From: an uncultured Bacilli bacterium
Lineage (GTDB): Bacteria; Bacillota_I; Bacilli_A; RF39; UBA660
NCBI GenBank assembly: GCA_934141245.1
Contig: CAKPCB010000007.1
Span: 4,032 to 68,031 of the forward strand
Reading direction: 5' to 3'
DNA length: 64,000 nucleotides
Both the position numbers and the translations under genes were made by a program. Under the pieces are notes generated by a model. The model made no database searches and was not told the origin of the DNA. It worked only from the letters and a program-made list of their open reading frames with translations. Positions within the stretch are counted from its first letter, which is position 1. Each line of letters starts with the position of its first letter. Below are positions 10,422 to 20,643 of this stretch, piece by piece.

Positions 10422-10909
10422 TATGAATCCCTCCTATTCCAAGGCCATATTTCTTCTTCCCAACCAAAAGGAACATTTTCTAAATAATCACTATTTACAT
10501 TAATTGCACCATATTTTTGTTGATATTCTTGTAATAATTTATTATAGTTGTTTCTAAACTCAACATAATTTTTCATCATATTTGCATCATTTGGATACAC
10601 ATCTAAATAAAGATTAGCTTCGTGCATAGCAAAATGCATTTGATCTAAATTTAAAAGAGCATTTTCCCTTTCTGATCTTGGTGTTAAACTAGCTGGTTTA
10701 TAATTTTTATACTCACTATACAAATCCTTGAACATATTTCCTCTTATATATCCATCATAAGGACCATATATTTTACCATCATTGCTATTTTCTACATTTA
10801 CACTTGAATTTGAATTTGTATTATTATTTAAACCAATTGAATTAACAAAAAAATCATAATCAAAATTATCATAACCTCCATTTGGATAATAATTGTAACT
10901 ACTATTCAT
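10421..10909 (-). CDS. cotJB: Spore coat protein CotJB with an extended, CotJA-like N-terminal region
   Basis: The CotJB core is ERENALLNLDQMHFAMHEANLYLDVYPND...YQQKYGAI. I moved the start to ATG 10909, behind RBS AGGAGG. The N-terminal extension contains GNMFKDLYSEY. Confidence 0.8.
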   Translation of the reverse strand: MNSSYNYYPNGGYDNFDYDFFVNSIGLNNNTNSNSSVNVENSNDGKIYGPYDGYIRGNMFKDLYSEYKNYKPASLTPRSERENALLNLDQMHFAMHEANLYLDVYPNDANMMKNYVEFRNNYNKLLQEYQQKYGAINVNSDYLENVPFGWEEEIWPWNRRDS

Positions 10910-10927
10910 TTTTCTACCTCCTAGTTT

Positions 10928-10960
10928 AATGTATGTGTTAAAAAGCCTATTGTATGGGGG
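10928..10960 (-). promoter_or_regulatory. Candidate sigma-E-type sporulation promoter upstream of cotJB-cotJC
   Basis: Minus strand: CCATACA, about 17 nt of spacer, then CATACATT. This fits the -10 consensus CATACA-T, and cotJ is sigma-E dependent in B. subtilis. Confidence 0.4.
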
Positions 10961-11021
10961 AATGACTAAAAGTATTGAATATATAACCATTTATATATAT
11001 AATATAGTTGGAGGAAAAAAT

Positions 11022-12602
11022 ATGAAAAAAACTATAATAAGAATAAGTATTACGTTAGTATCATCTCTTTTATTATTTTATTTAATGTTGCCTGCAATTA
11101 ACATGCATGACATCTCATTCTGGATATATTTACTAATAGTATTTATTATATTCTTTGTGAGTGGAATAATTGATTTTCACATTAATAACTTCCCTGTTAT
11201 TAATAAAAAAATGATGTACATTTCATTTTCAATAGGATTTGTTTTTCTGGTATTAGTTATAATAAATGTTTTTAACAGTCCACTATTTAATGCAAAAAGT
11301 TATTATTCTAGGATAAAGATAAAAGAGGAAACAAACTTTTTAAATGACGTAAAAGAAGTTGACTTTGATTCTTTACCATTACTAGATAAAGATTCTAGTG
11401 AAAAATTAGGTGACAGAGTAATGGGTCAAATGAAAGATTTAGTTTCACAATTTGAAGTATCAGATTTATATACACAAATAAATTATAATAACAAAATAAT
11501 AAGAGTCACACCTTTAGAGTATGCTAATATATTAAAGTGGTTTACAAATAGAAAAAATGGAACAAAAGGATATATTACAGTTGATTCAGTGACTGGTGAA
11601 GCTAAACTAACAAAACTTAAAAATGGTATGAAATATTTGCCAAGTGCTCTGTTTAATAAAAACTTATATAGACATTTAAGATTTAAATATCCAACCTTAA
11701 TATTCGATGATGCAAACTTTGAATTAGATAATGATGGAAATCCTTTTTGGATTGTGCCAACAATCAAATATACAGGTATTGGATTGAAAGAAGAAATAAC
11801 AGGTGTTATCATTGTTAACCCTATAAATGGAAGAACAAAAAAATATAAATTATCTGAAATACCTTCATGGATTGATCACGTGTTTCCTGCTCGCTTAATA
11901 ATTGAGCAAGTAAATGATTGGGGAAAGTATAAAAATGGTTACTTTAATTCAATATTTAGCCAAAAAAATGTAGTTGCAACTACTGATGGTTATAACTATT
12001 TACTAATGGATGATGATGTATATCTATATACTGGAATAACATCTGTAAATAATGATGAATCAAATTTAGGTTTCATATTAGCAAACATGCGAACAAAAGA
12101 AACTAAGTTTTATGAGGTCCCTGGTGCAGAAGAATATTCAGCAATGGATAGTGCAAAAGGTGCAGTTCAACAAATGAAATATGAACCAACTTTTCCATTA
12201 TTAATAAATTTAAATAATAGACCAACATATTTAATGAGTTTAAAAGACAATGCCGGTCTTGTAAAAATGTATGCTTTTGTAGATGTGCAAGATTATCAAA
12301 AAGTTGTAGTAACAGATTCCTCGTTGGGAATAAAAGAAGCTGCTAAAAACTATTTATTAAATAGTAATTTTAAAATTGATGAAAAACTATTAAATACTAA
12401 AGAAATAACAATTAAAAAAATTAATGATTATGTAATAGATGGGACAACATACTTTTATATAACTGATACAGAAAATAATAAATATAGAGCTAGTATAAAA
12501 ATAGATGATAGCCTACCATTTATTAGTTCCGGAAGTAAAATAACAATTACATTTAAAAAGCAAAACAATATTACAGAAATATCTAAAATTGCATATAAAT
12601 AA
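11022..12602 (+). CDS. Conserved membrane protein of unknown function (N-terminal TM helices, large extracytoplasmic domain)
   Basis: ATG 11022 follows RBS GGAGGA, and the coding signal is long and uninterrupted. I recognised no family motif. Confidence 0.65.
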   Translation: MKKTIIRISITLVSSLLLFYLMLPAINMHDISFWIYLLIVFIIFFVSGIIDFHINNFPVINKKMMYISFSIGFVFLVLVIINVFNSPLFNAKSYYSRIKIKEETNFLNDVKEVDFDSLPLLDKDSSEKLGDRVMGQMKDLVSQFEVSDLYTQINYNNKIIRVTPLEYANILKWFTNRKNGTKGYITVDSVTGEAKLTKLKNGMKYLPSALFNKNLYRHLRFKYPTLIFDDANFELDNDGNPFWIVPTIKYTGIGLKEEITGVIIVNPINGRTKKYKLSEIPSWIDHVFPARLIIEQVNDWGKYKNGYFNSIFSQKNVVATTDGYNYLLMDDDVYLYTGITSVNNDESNLGFILANMRTKETKFYEVPGAEEYSAMDSAKGAVQQMKYEPTFPLLINLNNRPTYLMSLKDNAGLVKMYAFVDVQDYQKVVVTDSSLGIKEAAKNYLLNSNFKIDEKLLNTKEITIKKINDYVIDGTTYFYITDTENNKYRASIKIDDSLPFISSGSKITITFKKQNNITEISKIAYK

Positions 12603-12613
12603 GGTCACATGCC

Positions 12614-14131
12614 TTATTTTTTTATTTCCATTATATATTTTTTATACCTAGTTTGTATTTCTTTTATAAAAACAGACTCTCTTCCTTTTTGTGTTAACAA
12701 ATAAACCCTATTCTTTGTTCTGGTTAATGCTACATAAAATAGCCTTCTTTCTTCATCATATAGTTCACTTTTATTACTGACAAATCGCAATATTCTATCA
12801 TCTTCTATTTTATTTGGAAATCCAGTTAATTCATCTATTACATTAAGAACAATAATATTATCCGCCTCTAATCCTTTAGATCTATGAACTGTTAAAAATT
12901 TTAATATTATATTTTTATCATTTATATATATAATCTCATCTTTTTTTAATATAAAATTATCATTTAATACATCTTTTATATCAGCATTATTCCTTGAAAT
13001 AATCATTATTTTCCCATATATATATCTAACCAAATCCTCAAAATCACTTTTTAAATCTTTATAATAATAAATTACAATAGGCTTATCTACAGTTATGTTT
13101 GATATCATGTTTTTATTGATTTGTTTTTTGTTTCTCATAATAAATTTTCCAGCAACATGTATTAACTGCTTACTGTTCCTATATGTATTCTCAAGTTTTA
13201 AAATTTTACTGTTATTAAAATATTTAGAAAAGTTTACAAAAATATTTAAGTCACATCCTGAAAATCTATAAATAGATTGAAAATCATCACCAACACAGAC
13301 AATATTCGCATCGGTTTTATCCGCAATTGCTTTTAGTAATAAATATCTAATATATGAAGTATCTTGAAATTCATCTACAAATATATACTTATATCCAAGC
13401 ATGATTTTATCATTCATTATTAATTCTCTTGCATAAATAATCATATCATCAAAATCTATGCATTTTATTGATTTAAGTTCATCCTCATATATAAGATAAA
13501 TATTAATAACAATAAGTATAAATGCAATATCACGCTTTTTATAAACTCTATTTAGTATTTTAAGAAAATAGTTATATTTATAACCCATAGACTTAAAAAG
13601 CATTATAAATTTAACTAATAATTTCTTAAATGATGATACCTCTAAATAGTGTTCTTTAATAAAGCAATTATATTTTTCAACTAAATTAATAGTTTTGTTT
13701 ACCCTTATCTTAAAATATATAAGTACATTTCTTAGCAAAAAATTATTATTAAATGCATATGTTTCAAAAAACTCCTCTACTATGTATTCAAGTAGATTAG
13801 ATGGAACTATATTATAAGAAATATTAGCTTTAGAAAGTACACTAAGTGAGAGCTTATGAAATGTAAATACATTAACGTTAACGTTTTGTATCTTATTTAC
13901 AAGTGAATTTACAGCCTCGTTTGTAAAAGATATACATAAAATATCACTTGGGTTTACATTCTTTTTTTCTATTAAATACTTAATTTTTGAAACTATAGTA
14001 AGGGTTTTTCCACTTCCTGCACCTGCTACAACAAGTAAATTTTTACTTTTATCTAAAACAACATTTTTTTGAAAACCATCAAGCTTGTTAAAATAATCAT
14101 TCATATTTATATTATTGTTAAAAATATACAA
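12614..14131 (-). CDS. Compact UvrD/Rep-family (SF1) helicase
   Basis: Motifs present: Walker A AGAGSGKT, DEFQDTS, VGDDFQSIY, TVHRSKGLEAD and RRLFYVALTRTK. At 505 aa it is much shorter than PcrA/UvrD. Confidence 0.8.
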   Translation of the reverse strand: MYIFNNNINMNDYFNKLDGFQKNVVLDKSKNLLVVAGAGSGKTLTIVSKIKYLIEKKNVNPSDILCISFTNEAVNSLVNKIQNVNVNVFTFHKLSLSVLSKANISYNIVPSNLLEYIVEEFFETYAFNNNFLLRNVLIYFKIRVNKTINLVEKYNCFIKEHYLEVSSFKKLLVKFIMLFKSMGYKYNYFLKILNRVYKKRDIAFILIVINIYLIYEDELKSIKCIDFDDMIIYARELIMNDKIMLGYKYIFVDEFQDTSYIRYLLLKAIADKTDANIVCVGDDFQSIYRFSGCDLNIFVNFSKYFNNSKILKLENTYRNSKQLIHVAGKFIMRNKKQINKNMISNITVDKPIVIYYYKDLKSDFEDLVRYIYGKIMIISRNNADIKDVLNDNFILKKDEIIYINDKNIILKFLTVHRSKGLEADNIIVLNVIDELTGFPNKIEDDRILRFVSNKSELYDEERRLFYVALTRTKNRVYLLTQKGRESVFIKEIQTRYKKYIMEIKK

Positions 14132-14135
14132 TTAA

Positions 14136-14160
14136 CCTAAAAAAAAATGACATAAAGTCA
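14136..14160 (-). terminator. Intrinsic terminator after xfp
   Basis: Minus strand: the AATGAC-TTTAT-GTCATT hairpin is followed by a T-run. Confidence 0.5.
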
Positions 14161-14162
14161 TT

Positions 14163-16535
14163 TTAATGTAAATTCTTAGTTGCTTGTTCCCATGTCCAGT
14201 CCCTAATTTCTGGCATATCAATTCCATATTCATTTATATATTCTTTATGTTCAATTAACTTATCCTTGCACCATTGATTTAATCTCGCTCCCTTATTTCC
14301 TAATTTGGGCAAATACTTCAATGCATCCATAACCAAGTGAAACCTATCTATTTCATTTTGAACTCTCATATCAAATGCAGTAGTTATGGTACCTTCCTCT
14401 TTATATCCATGCACATGTAAGTCTTTATTGTCTCTTTTATAGGTTAATTGATGAATTAAGGATGGATAACCATGAAAAGCAAATATTATAGGTTTGTCTT
14501 TAGTAAAAATCGCATTATAGTCTTGATCATTTAAACCATGTGGATGTGATGAATTTGACTCTAATCGCATTAGATCAACAACATTAACAACCCTAATCTT
14601 TAATTCACTAAAACTATTTCTTAAAATTGCAGTTGCAGCAAGTGTTTCAATTGTTGGGGTATCGCCACAGCAAGCCATAACTATATCAGGCTCACAGTTT
14701 TGATCATTACTTGCAAAATCCCATATACCAACGCCGTTTGTACAATGTTTTACTGCTTCTTCCATACTAAGCCATTGAGGCCTTGGATGCTTTGAAGCGA
14801 TTATTACATTTATATAATTCTTGGTCTTAATACAATGATCAAAGCAAGATAATAAACAATTTGCATCAGGAGGTAAATACATTCTAACAATATCAGCTTT
14901 TTTTGTTACTAAATGATTTAAAAAACCAGGATCCTGATGAGTATATCCATTGTGATCTTGTTGCCATACATGTGATGCTAAAACATAATTTAATGATGCA
15001 ATATCAGCTCTCCAAGCAAGGTTTTTAGTAACTTTAAGCCATTTTGCATGTTGACTTGTCATAGAATCAACAATTCGTATAAATGCCTCATAACTATGCA
15101 TAAATCCATGTCTTCCAGTTAATAAGTAACCTTCAAGCATTCCTTCACAAAAATGTTCAGATAAATATGAATCCATAATCCTACCACTAGGTGATAAATA
15201 TTCATCATCATCGTATATTGAGGTATTCCAATCTCTATTATCAACATCAAAAACATAGTTAAATCTGTTAGATAATGCTTCATCTGGTCCAAACATTCTA
15301 AAGTTTTTATTATCAAAATTAAGTTTTAATACATCTCTTACGTATTTTCCAAGTTCTTTTGTATCCTGTGCAATAACAGAACCCGGCATTCTTACATTAA
15401 CACCATACTTTTTAAAGTCAGGAATCTTTAAATCTTTTAATAGTAATCCACCATTCGCATATGGATTAGAGCCCATTCTCCTATCTCCAGTAGGAGCCAA
15501 TTCTTTTAATTCCTTTTTTAATTGACCATTTTCATCAAAAAGTTCTTCTGGTTTATAACTCCTTAGCCAATTTTCTAGTAATTCTAAGTTTTCAATTTTA
15601 TTATCTAATGTTATAGGGACTTGGTGTGATCTAAATGTGTTTTCTATCTTTTTTTTCTGGAATTCTTTTGGGCCAGTCCACCCCTTAGGTGTTCTTAATA
15701 TTATCATAGGATAACGAATACTATCAAAGTTTTCTTCGCTTGTATTTTCTTTTATTTCTTTTATGTCTTGTATTACTAATTCTAATACTTCAGCCATTCT
15801 TTCATGCATATATAAAGGATCACTACCCTCAACATAATATGGATGCCATCCCATTCCTTCAAAATAACTATTTAATTCATCTTTTGATTTCCTTGCTAAA
15901 ACTGTTGGATTGGCAATTTTATATCCATTCAAATGTAATATTGGTAATACAACACCATCATTTAGTCTGTTTAAAAACTTAGCTCCATGCCATGATGTTG
16001 CTAGTGGGCCTGTCTCTGCTTCACCATCACCTACAACACAAGCAGCTATTAAATCCGGATTATCAAGAACAGCTCCAAACGCATGTGATAGGCTATATCC
16101 AAGCTCTCCACCCTCATTAATTGAACCTGGTACTTCAGGTGCAACATGTGATGAAACCCCTCCTGGAAAACTAAATTGTTTAAATAATTTTTTCATGCCT
16201 AATTCATCTTCAGTTATATTAGGGTATATTTCGCTATAACTACCTTCTAGATATGTATTTGCTATCAATGCATTTCCGCCGTGACCAGGACCCGAAATAT
16301 AAATCATATTCAAATCATATTTTTTTATTATTCTATTTAAATGTACATAAATAAAATTTTGACCTGGAACAGTTCCCCAATGTCCAACAATATTTGATTT
16401 TACATCACTAAACTCTAGCTTTCTTTTTAAAAGTGGATTATCTAATAAATATAATTGTCCCGCAGATAAATAATTACATGCCCTAAAATATGCATCTATT
16501 TTATATAGCATTTCATCACTAAGTATCTTCTCCAT
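14163..16535 (-). CDS. xfp: Xylulose-5-phosphate/fructose-6-phosphate phosphoketolase
   Basis: The 790-aa protein shows typical XFP motifs: [30 protein letters not shown] and [14 protein letters not shown]. Confidence 0.95.
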   Translation of the reverse strand: MEKILSDEMLYKIDAYFRACNYLSAGQLYLLDNPLLKRKLEFSDVKSNIVGHWGTVPGQNFIYVHLNRIIKKYDLNMIYISGPGHGGNALIANTYLEGSYSEIYPNITEDELGMKKLFKQFSFPGGVSSHVAPEVPGSINEGGELGYSLSHAFGAVLDNPDLIAACVVGDGEAETGPLATSWHGAKFLNRLNDGVVLPILHLNGYKIANPTVLARKSKDELNSYFEGMGWHPYYVEGSDPLYMHERMAEVLELVIQDIKEIKENTSEENFDSIRYPMIILRTPKGWTGPKEFQKKKIENTFRSHQVPITLDNKIENLELLENWLRSYKPEELFDENGQLKKELKELAPTGDRRMGSNPYANGGLLLKDLKIPDFKKYGVNVRMPGSVIAQDTKELGKYVRDVLKLNFDNKNFRMFGPDEALSNRFNYVFDVDNRDWNTSIYDDDEYLSPSGRIMDSYLSEHFCEGMLEGYLLTGRHGFMHSYEAFIRIVDSMTSQHAKWLKVTKNLAWRADIASLNYVLASHVWQQDHNGYTHQDPGFLNHLVTKKADIVRMYLPPDANCLLSCFDHCIKTKNYINVIIASKHPRPQWLSMEEAVKHCTNGVGIWDFASNDQNCEPDIVMACCGDTPTIETLAATAILRNSFSELKIRVVNVVDLMRLESNSSHPHGLNDQDYNAIFTKDKPIIFAFHGYPSLIHQLTYKRDNKDLHVHGYKEEGTITTAFDMRVQNEIDRFHLVMDALKYLPKLGNKGARLNQWCKDKLIEHKEYINEYGIDMPEIRDWTWEQATKNLH

Positions 16536-16663
16536 ACCCTCTTCTCCTTTATTCTAATATGATTATATAACAAAACAAAGCTTAACTCAAATGAAAACTT
16601 TAAAATAATTTATACAAAGAAAAAAATAATGTGATATAATAATGGATATAGTATGAGGTGTTT

Positions 16664-17158
16664 ATGAAAAATATAATTAAATATACAATAATTGCCATAT
16701 TTATAACATTCATGTTTAGTGGATGTAGCAGTAAAAAAGAAAATATGCTAAAACAATCCTGGATTCTAGATAATGAATTAAAACCAAAAATAACATTAGA
16801 AAGAAGCAAAAAAAATGAAGTTGGTGGAATATTTTATACTGATTCACAAATAGAATTTAATCAGTTTCTAGAATACATTAAAACGTTATCAGAAAAAGGG
16901 TTTGAAGTTGATTGGAGATATTCTGACACAAAAACTATTGAGGAACTTGAAAATGCATATACAAGTGAGAACAGTAACAGTCCATTTAATGATGGCTATA
17001 TAAATTTTAGGATGTGCAGTAAAGATGAAAACAAAGATTTATGTATTTTTATGCAATGGGCTGATAAAAAATTATATAATAAATTGCACAAAGACAAACC
17101 AACATCATATAGTTTTAAACTTGAGACTGAAAAAAAGAATATTAATATATCACAATAG
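16664..17158 (+). CDS. Hypothetical lipoprotein
   Basis: ATG 16664 follows RBS GAGGTG. An extended -10 TGATATAAT lies at 16632-16640. The lipobox is MFSGC. Confidence 0.6.
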   Translation: MKNIIKYTIIAIFITFMFSGCSSKKENMLKQSWILDNELKPKITLERSKKNEVGGIFYTDSQIEFNQFLEYIKTLSEKGFEVDWRYSDTKTIEELENAYTSENSNSPFNDGYINFRMCSKDENKDLCIFMQWADKKLYNKLHKDKPTSYSFKLETEKKNINISQ

Positions 17159-17195
17159 AGTGTCACAGCTCTTTTTTTGTGTGGTAATATATCTT

Positions 17196-18524
17196 TTATT
17201 GTATCAGTTGTATATAACTATAATTGTTGTTGATAAAGTTTATTTTATTATTATCGAGTGTAACAATATAAGTATTTAATTTGTCTAAAAATCCCTGATC
17301 CTCATCATTATCAATGCAATATTTTTTTAATGCCATTAATTCTATTAGTTTAAAATGAGAAAATAAATCCATAATTTCTGTATCAGAAAAATATAAATCA
17401 TTAGCTATACTCACTACATCAAATATGCATTTAACACTGTTAATAATTTTATATATTCTATCGCTATTATTTAAGGTTTTTAATGTAGATATTAATTCTA
17501 TATATTGCATATCATTCATTTTTGAACATGTAAAAAAAGTTATTGTTGATTTCTCTGGTTTATTTAGTAGTGCATCCAGATACCTATTTTTAGTAGCATC
17601 TACTATACTTTCTATAATTAATGTAGCGGATTTATTTATATAATCAATAGCTTCTACACCTAAATAAAACTTTTTAATTAGCTCTTTATATGAATAGTTT
17701 AGTTTTTGACTAAATCTTTTTGAATCTAAGTAAAAGTCAAAATATAATTGTTTTATATTAACTTGGTCTAAATTTAACTCAAATATATTAAATTGAAAGT
17801 ATTCTAAAATTATAGATGTCATTAAAACCTCTTCAAATATATTTATAGGAACATCTTTGTAATTGTCATATTTCATGGACAGAAGCTTTTCTATATTTTT
17901 ACAACAAAATTTTTGACAAAATAAGTTTTCAAAATTGATATATTTTAAATATAAGTCAATATATTCAACACAATATAATCCGGTAATTGATAAAAACGAA
18001 TTATAGTCAACAGTAATTGGCATGTGATGTGCATCATAGCTATGATTATATAATTTATAGAATTCCAATATACCCTCTTTTAATGTAGAATTATAAAAAT
18101 AATTATCTGTTGATATAATTTTATTTTTAAATACAACATTATAAAAGAGTTTAGACTTTTTTAAAAAGGCTTCTAAATACTTATTACTAAGTTTATATAT
18201 TGAATCTATATTTTTATACAGTATCATATTAATAACTTTGCTTAGTTCCTGCCTTTTTAAATAAAAACCAAGTACCCATAAATTTGATTGATTAATTCTA
18301 TGTGCAATTTTTAAAGGCACCGAGCTAGAAAGATTTCCAGTATATTTCCCAACCCTATTTGTTAACAGTTGCATTAATTCAATTATGATTTCTTGGTATT
18401 TAGATTCATCAATAATATGATATTTTAATAATGCATTAACTAACGTTTCAAAATAATAGACATCAACAATCTCTGATTTAATTAATAATTCAATTATTAG
18501 TATATTATTCATTATTACATCCAT
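17196..18524 (-). CDS. Hypothetical protein (442 aa), second gene of an overlapping pair
   Basis: This is a long ORF overlapping the upstream gene by 20 nt. It has no recognisable catalytic motif and no TM or signal peptide. Confidence 0.55.
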   Translation of the reverse strand: MDVIMNNILIIELLIKSEIVDVYYFETLVNALLKYHIIDESKYQEIIIELMQLLTNRVGKYTGNLSSSVPLKIAHRINQSNLWVLGFYLKRQELSKVINMILYKNIDSIYKLSNKYLEAFLKKSKLFYNVVFKNKIISTDNYFYNSTLKEGILEFYKLYNHSYDAHHMPITVDYNSFLSITGLYCVEYIDLYLKYINFENLFCQKFCCKNIEKLLSMKYDNYKDVPINIFEEVLMTSIILEYFQFNIFELNLDQVNIKQLYFDFYLDSKRFSQKLNYSYKELIKKFYLGVEAIDYINKSATLIIESIVDATKNRYLDALLNKPEKSTITFFTCSKMNDMQYIELISTLKTLNNSDRIYKIINSVKCIFDVVSIANDLYFSDTEIMDLFSHFKLIELMALKKYCIDNDEDQGFLDKLNTYIVTLDNNKINFINNNYSYIQLIQ

Positions 18525-18960
18525 TTATTAATTCCGACTTTAGCTTGTCAAAATACAAATCTCTAAGTAATTCTAATGAACCACTACAATCATTTTCAAA
18601 ATGACAAAACATATATTCTATTATTTGATCATCAGTTAATTTATTATCAAATTCGTTTTGGTATATATAAAATATTTCAATCAATTCTTCAATTGTATCC
18701 ACATAATTATCTTCATCAATGTATGAAGAATCATAGAACTTATATATAATAGTATCAATTATTGTATTTTGTGGTTCAAATCTTTCAAGTTTTTTTAATA
18801 TATAATTTTTACTATTTATTAATCTAATAATTTGATTATTTGCTAAAATTAATCCTCTTTGATTTGTAATATTATTTGTTTGTATTATCTTATTAATTAC
18901 TAAATCAAGGTTTTTTTGTGATAAAATTTCTAAGGTTTTAATACCATTCAAATCATACAT
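18505..18960 (-). CDS. Hypothetical acidic protein (151 aa), first gene of an overlapping pair
   Basis: A strong RBS GGGAGGAG precedes the ATG. I recognised no motif. Confidence 0.55.
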   Translation of the reverse strand: MYDLNGIKTLEILSQKNLDLVINKIIQTNNITNQRGLILANNQIIRLINSKNYILKKLERFEPQNTIIDTIIYKFYDSSYIDEDNYVDTIEELIEIFYIYQNEFDNKLTDDQIIEYMFCHFENDCSGSLELLRDLYFDKLKSELINGCNNE

Positions 18961-19046
18961 TTTAATCTCCTCCCAATACTTAATACACTAGTATCAAGAG
19001 TAATACAAGGCTTGAAAAAAAACGTATTTTATGATAATATAAAGCG

Positions 19047-19076
19047 CAAAATAAAGAAATAGACAGCTCTATTTCT
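19047..19076 (-). terminator. Intrinsic terminator after the collagen-like gene
   Basis: Minus strand: the AGAAATAG-AGCTGT-CTATTTCT hairpin is followed by TTATTTT. Confidence 0.55.
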
Positions 19077-19102
19077 TAACTTTCAACAGTTGTTAATTAC
19101 AA

Positions 19103-19850
19103 CTAATCCAATTTAATAACACTAAGTTTAACATTTGTAGTACCATCAAAAATCAAGTCAGTATCTTGTTCTGATGTAATCATAAATGTTATTTCATCAT
19201 CTTCAGTTAAACCAAATATAACAGATCCGTTAACTTTAGATATAGAGTTTGCTTTTCCCTCTACCTTTATATCACTTCCAGGAAGTTTAGTTCCTGTTGC
19301 TTTTATACTAACAACATAATTTGTATCATATTCTATAAATATAGCTGGGCCAGTCTCTTCCAAAGGTATTATTGCTTCCGTATTAGCTTTAATACTAATT
19401 CTTTGATTGCTGTTAGAATATCGTTCTCCATATGCGCCTACACCATTAGGATTCCCCCTTAGCACCAGGAATGCCTTGTTCTCCTCTTGGTCCTTGTAAA
19501 CCAGCCTCACCTTTTGGTATATAAAATGTTAAATGATGTACATTATTTTCAAAATCATCTTGTACTTCTGCCAATTCATTTGGCTCAATTGTTTCGGTTC
19601 CATCTATAGTTATGACTTGACTAATCCCAATTTTGCCAGGAAATCCTCTTGGCCCTTGGGGACCAATTTCACCCTCTTCACCCTGAATACCCTGAATTCC
19701 TTGAGGACCTATTTCGCCCTGTGGGCCTGTTGGACCTTGAATATAGCAATATCTTATAACCATATTTATTTCTTTTTTACTATCTTTGAAGTTTTCATAG
19801 TCATTATCAAGGGAACATTCTTTTTGATTTTTACTCATAAAATTTCCCAT
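19103..19850 (-). pseudogene. Collagen-like (G-X-Y repeat) protein with a BclA-type C-terminal globular domain, split by a frameshift at a G5 run
   Basis: ORF 19446-19850 carries [34 protein letters not shown] and [19 protein letters not shown], then stops. ORF 19103-19510 continues in another frame as [15 protein letters not shown]... Removing one G from the run (C5 at 19454-19458 on the plus strand) fuses them. Confidence 0.7.
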
Positions 19851-19932
19851 TCCTTTTTATTTTATTCATATGTAACAAAAAAATAGATGATAGTTATAAT
19901 GGTCAATTCATTATATTGGAAAACATTGCAAA

Positions 19933-20403
19933 TTATTTTTTTCTTTGCCATCTTAAACTTAATTTCTTTTCATTATTAGAATCATAAATTGCATCGATAA
20001 AGTTTACAGTGTCATAATCATCTATAAAATCATCAAAATCTATATCTTCTTTTATATAACCAACAGATTTTAAAAAGCTCATCTTAATTAAATCTGTCTC
20101 AATAGCATATTCCTCTACCGCATTTAAAGTCCTATAATTAAAATAATTATAATAATATCCTATTCCTCTATGGCACTCTAAAATATCTTCTGGAATATCG
20201 TAAGTACAAATATATCTTCCTTTTAATATTCCTAAATATAAAATACTGTCCTTTTTTTGAAAGAAATGCAAATATTTTTTATTCTTATTATATTTATGAG
20301 TACTTATTTCTGAGCAGGAAAAATTAGAGCCAACATTTAAAAAGTCTTTATTTGCGAAGATTAAATTTATCTCATCTTCTTTGCAAACTCTGTAAACTAT
20401 CAT
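19933..20403 (-). CDS. Hypothetical protein (156 aa)
   Basis: The ORF has a weak RBS. An extended -10 TGATATAAT lies upstream on the minus strand. I recognised no motif. Confidence 0.5.
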   Translation of the reverse strand: MIVYRVCKEDEINLIFANKDFLNVGSNFSCSEISTHKYNKNKKYLHFFQKKDSILYLGILKGRYICTYDIPEDILECHRGIGYYYNYFNYRTLNAVEEYAIETDLIKMSFLKSVGYIKEDIDFDDFIDDYDTVNFIDAIYDSNNEKKLSLRWQRKK

Positions 20404-20541
20404 ATGTCATTCACATCCAATCTGAATCTATATATTAGATAATTTGTATTTTAAAATAATTTTTTAATATAATGGTCCTAAAACAATTATATCATGAAAT
20501 TTAAAGTGGATGTCTTATAATACTAAAGAACTTTTAAGTCA

Positions 20542-20643
20542 AACAAAAATGGAGCCTTTCGGCTCCTTCAGGGGGTTTTGGTTGAATATACTCTCACATT
20601 ATATTATCGTAAGAGCATTCATGCATGACTTTTATCATCATGC
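20542..20643 (-). ncRNA. Candidate ~100-nt sRNA A (two hairpins, C-rich single strand, GNRA-capped terminator)
   Basis: The minus-strand promoter is TTGACT (20673-20678), 17-nt spacer, TATTAT (20650-20655). Hairpins are ATGCATGA/TCATGCAT and CTCTTAC/GTGAGAG. An unpaired CAACCAAAACCCCC follows. The terminator is GGAGCC-GAAA-GGCTCC plus ATTTTTGTTT. Confidence 0.45.

Noticed and set aside
16600-16809. 69-aa minus-strand ORF overlapping the lipoprotein gene start.
   Set aside because: It is antisense to a gene that has a clear RBS, promoter and lipobox. It has no RBS of its own.
17025-17279. 84-aa plus-strand ORF overlapping the lipoprotein gene's 3' end and the 442-aa gene's 3' end.
   Set aside because: It overlaps two better-supported genes, has no RBS and gives a low-complexity translation.
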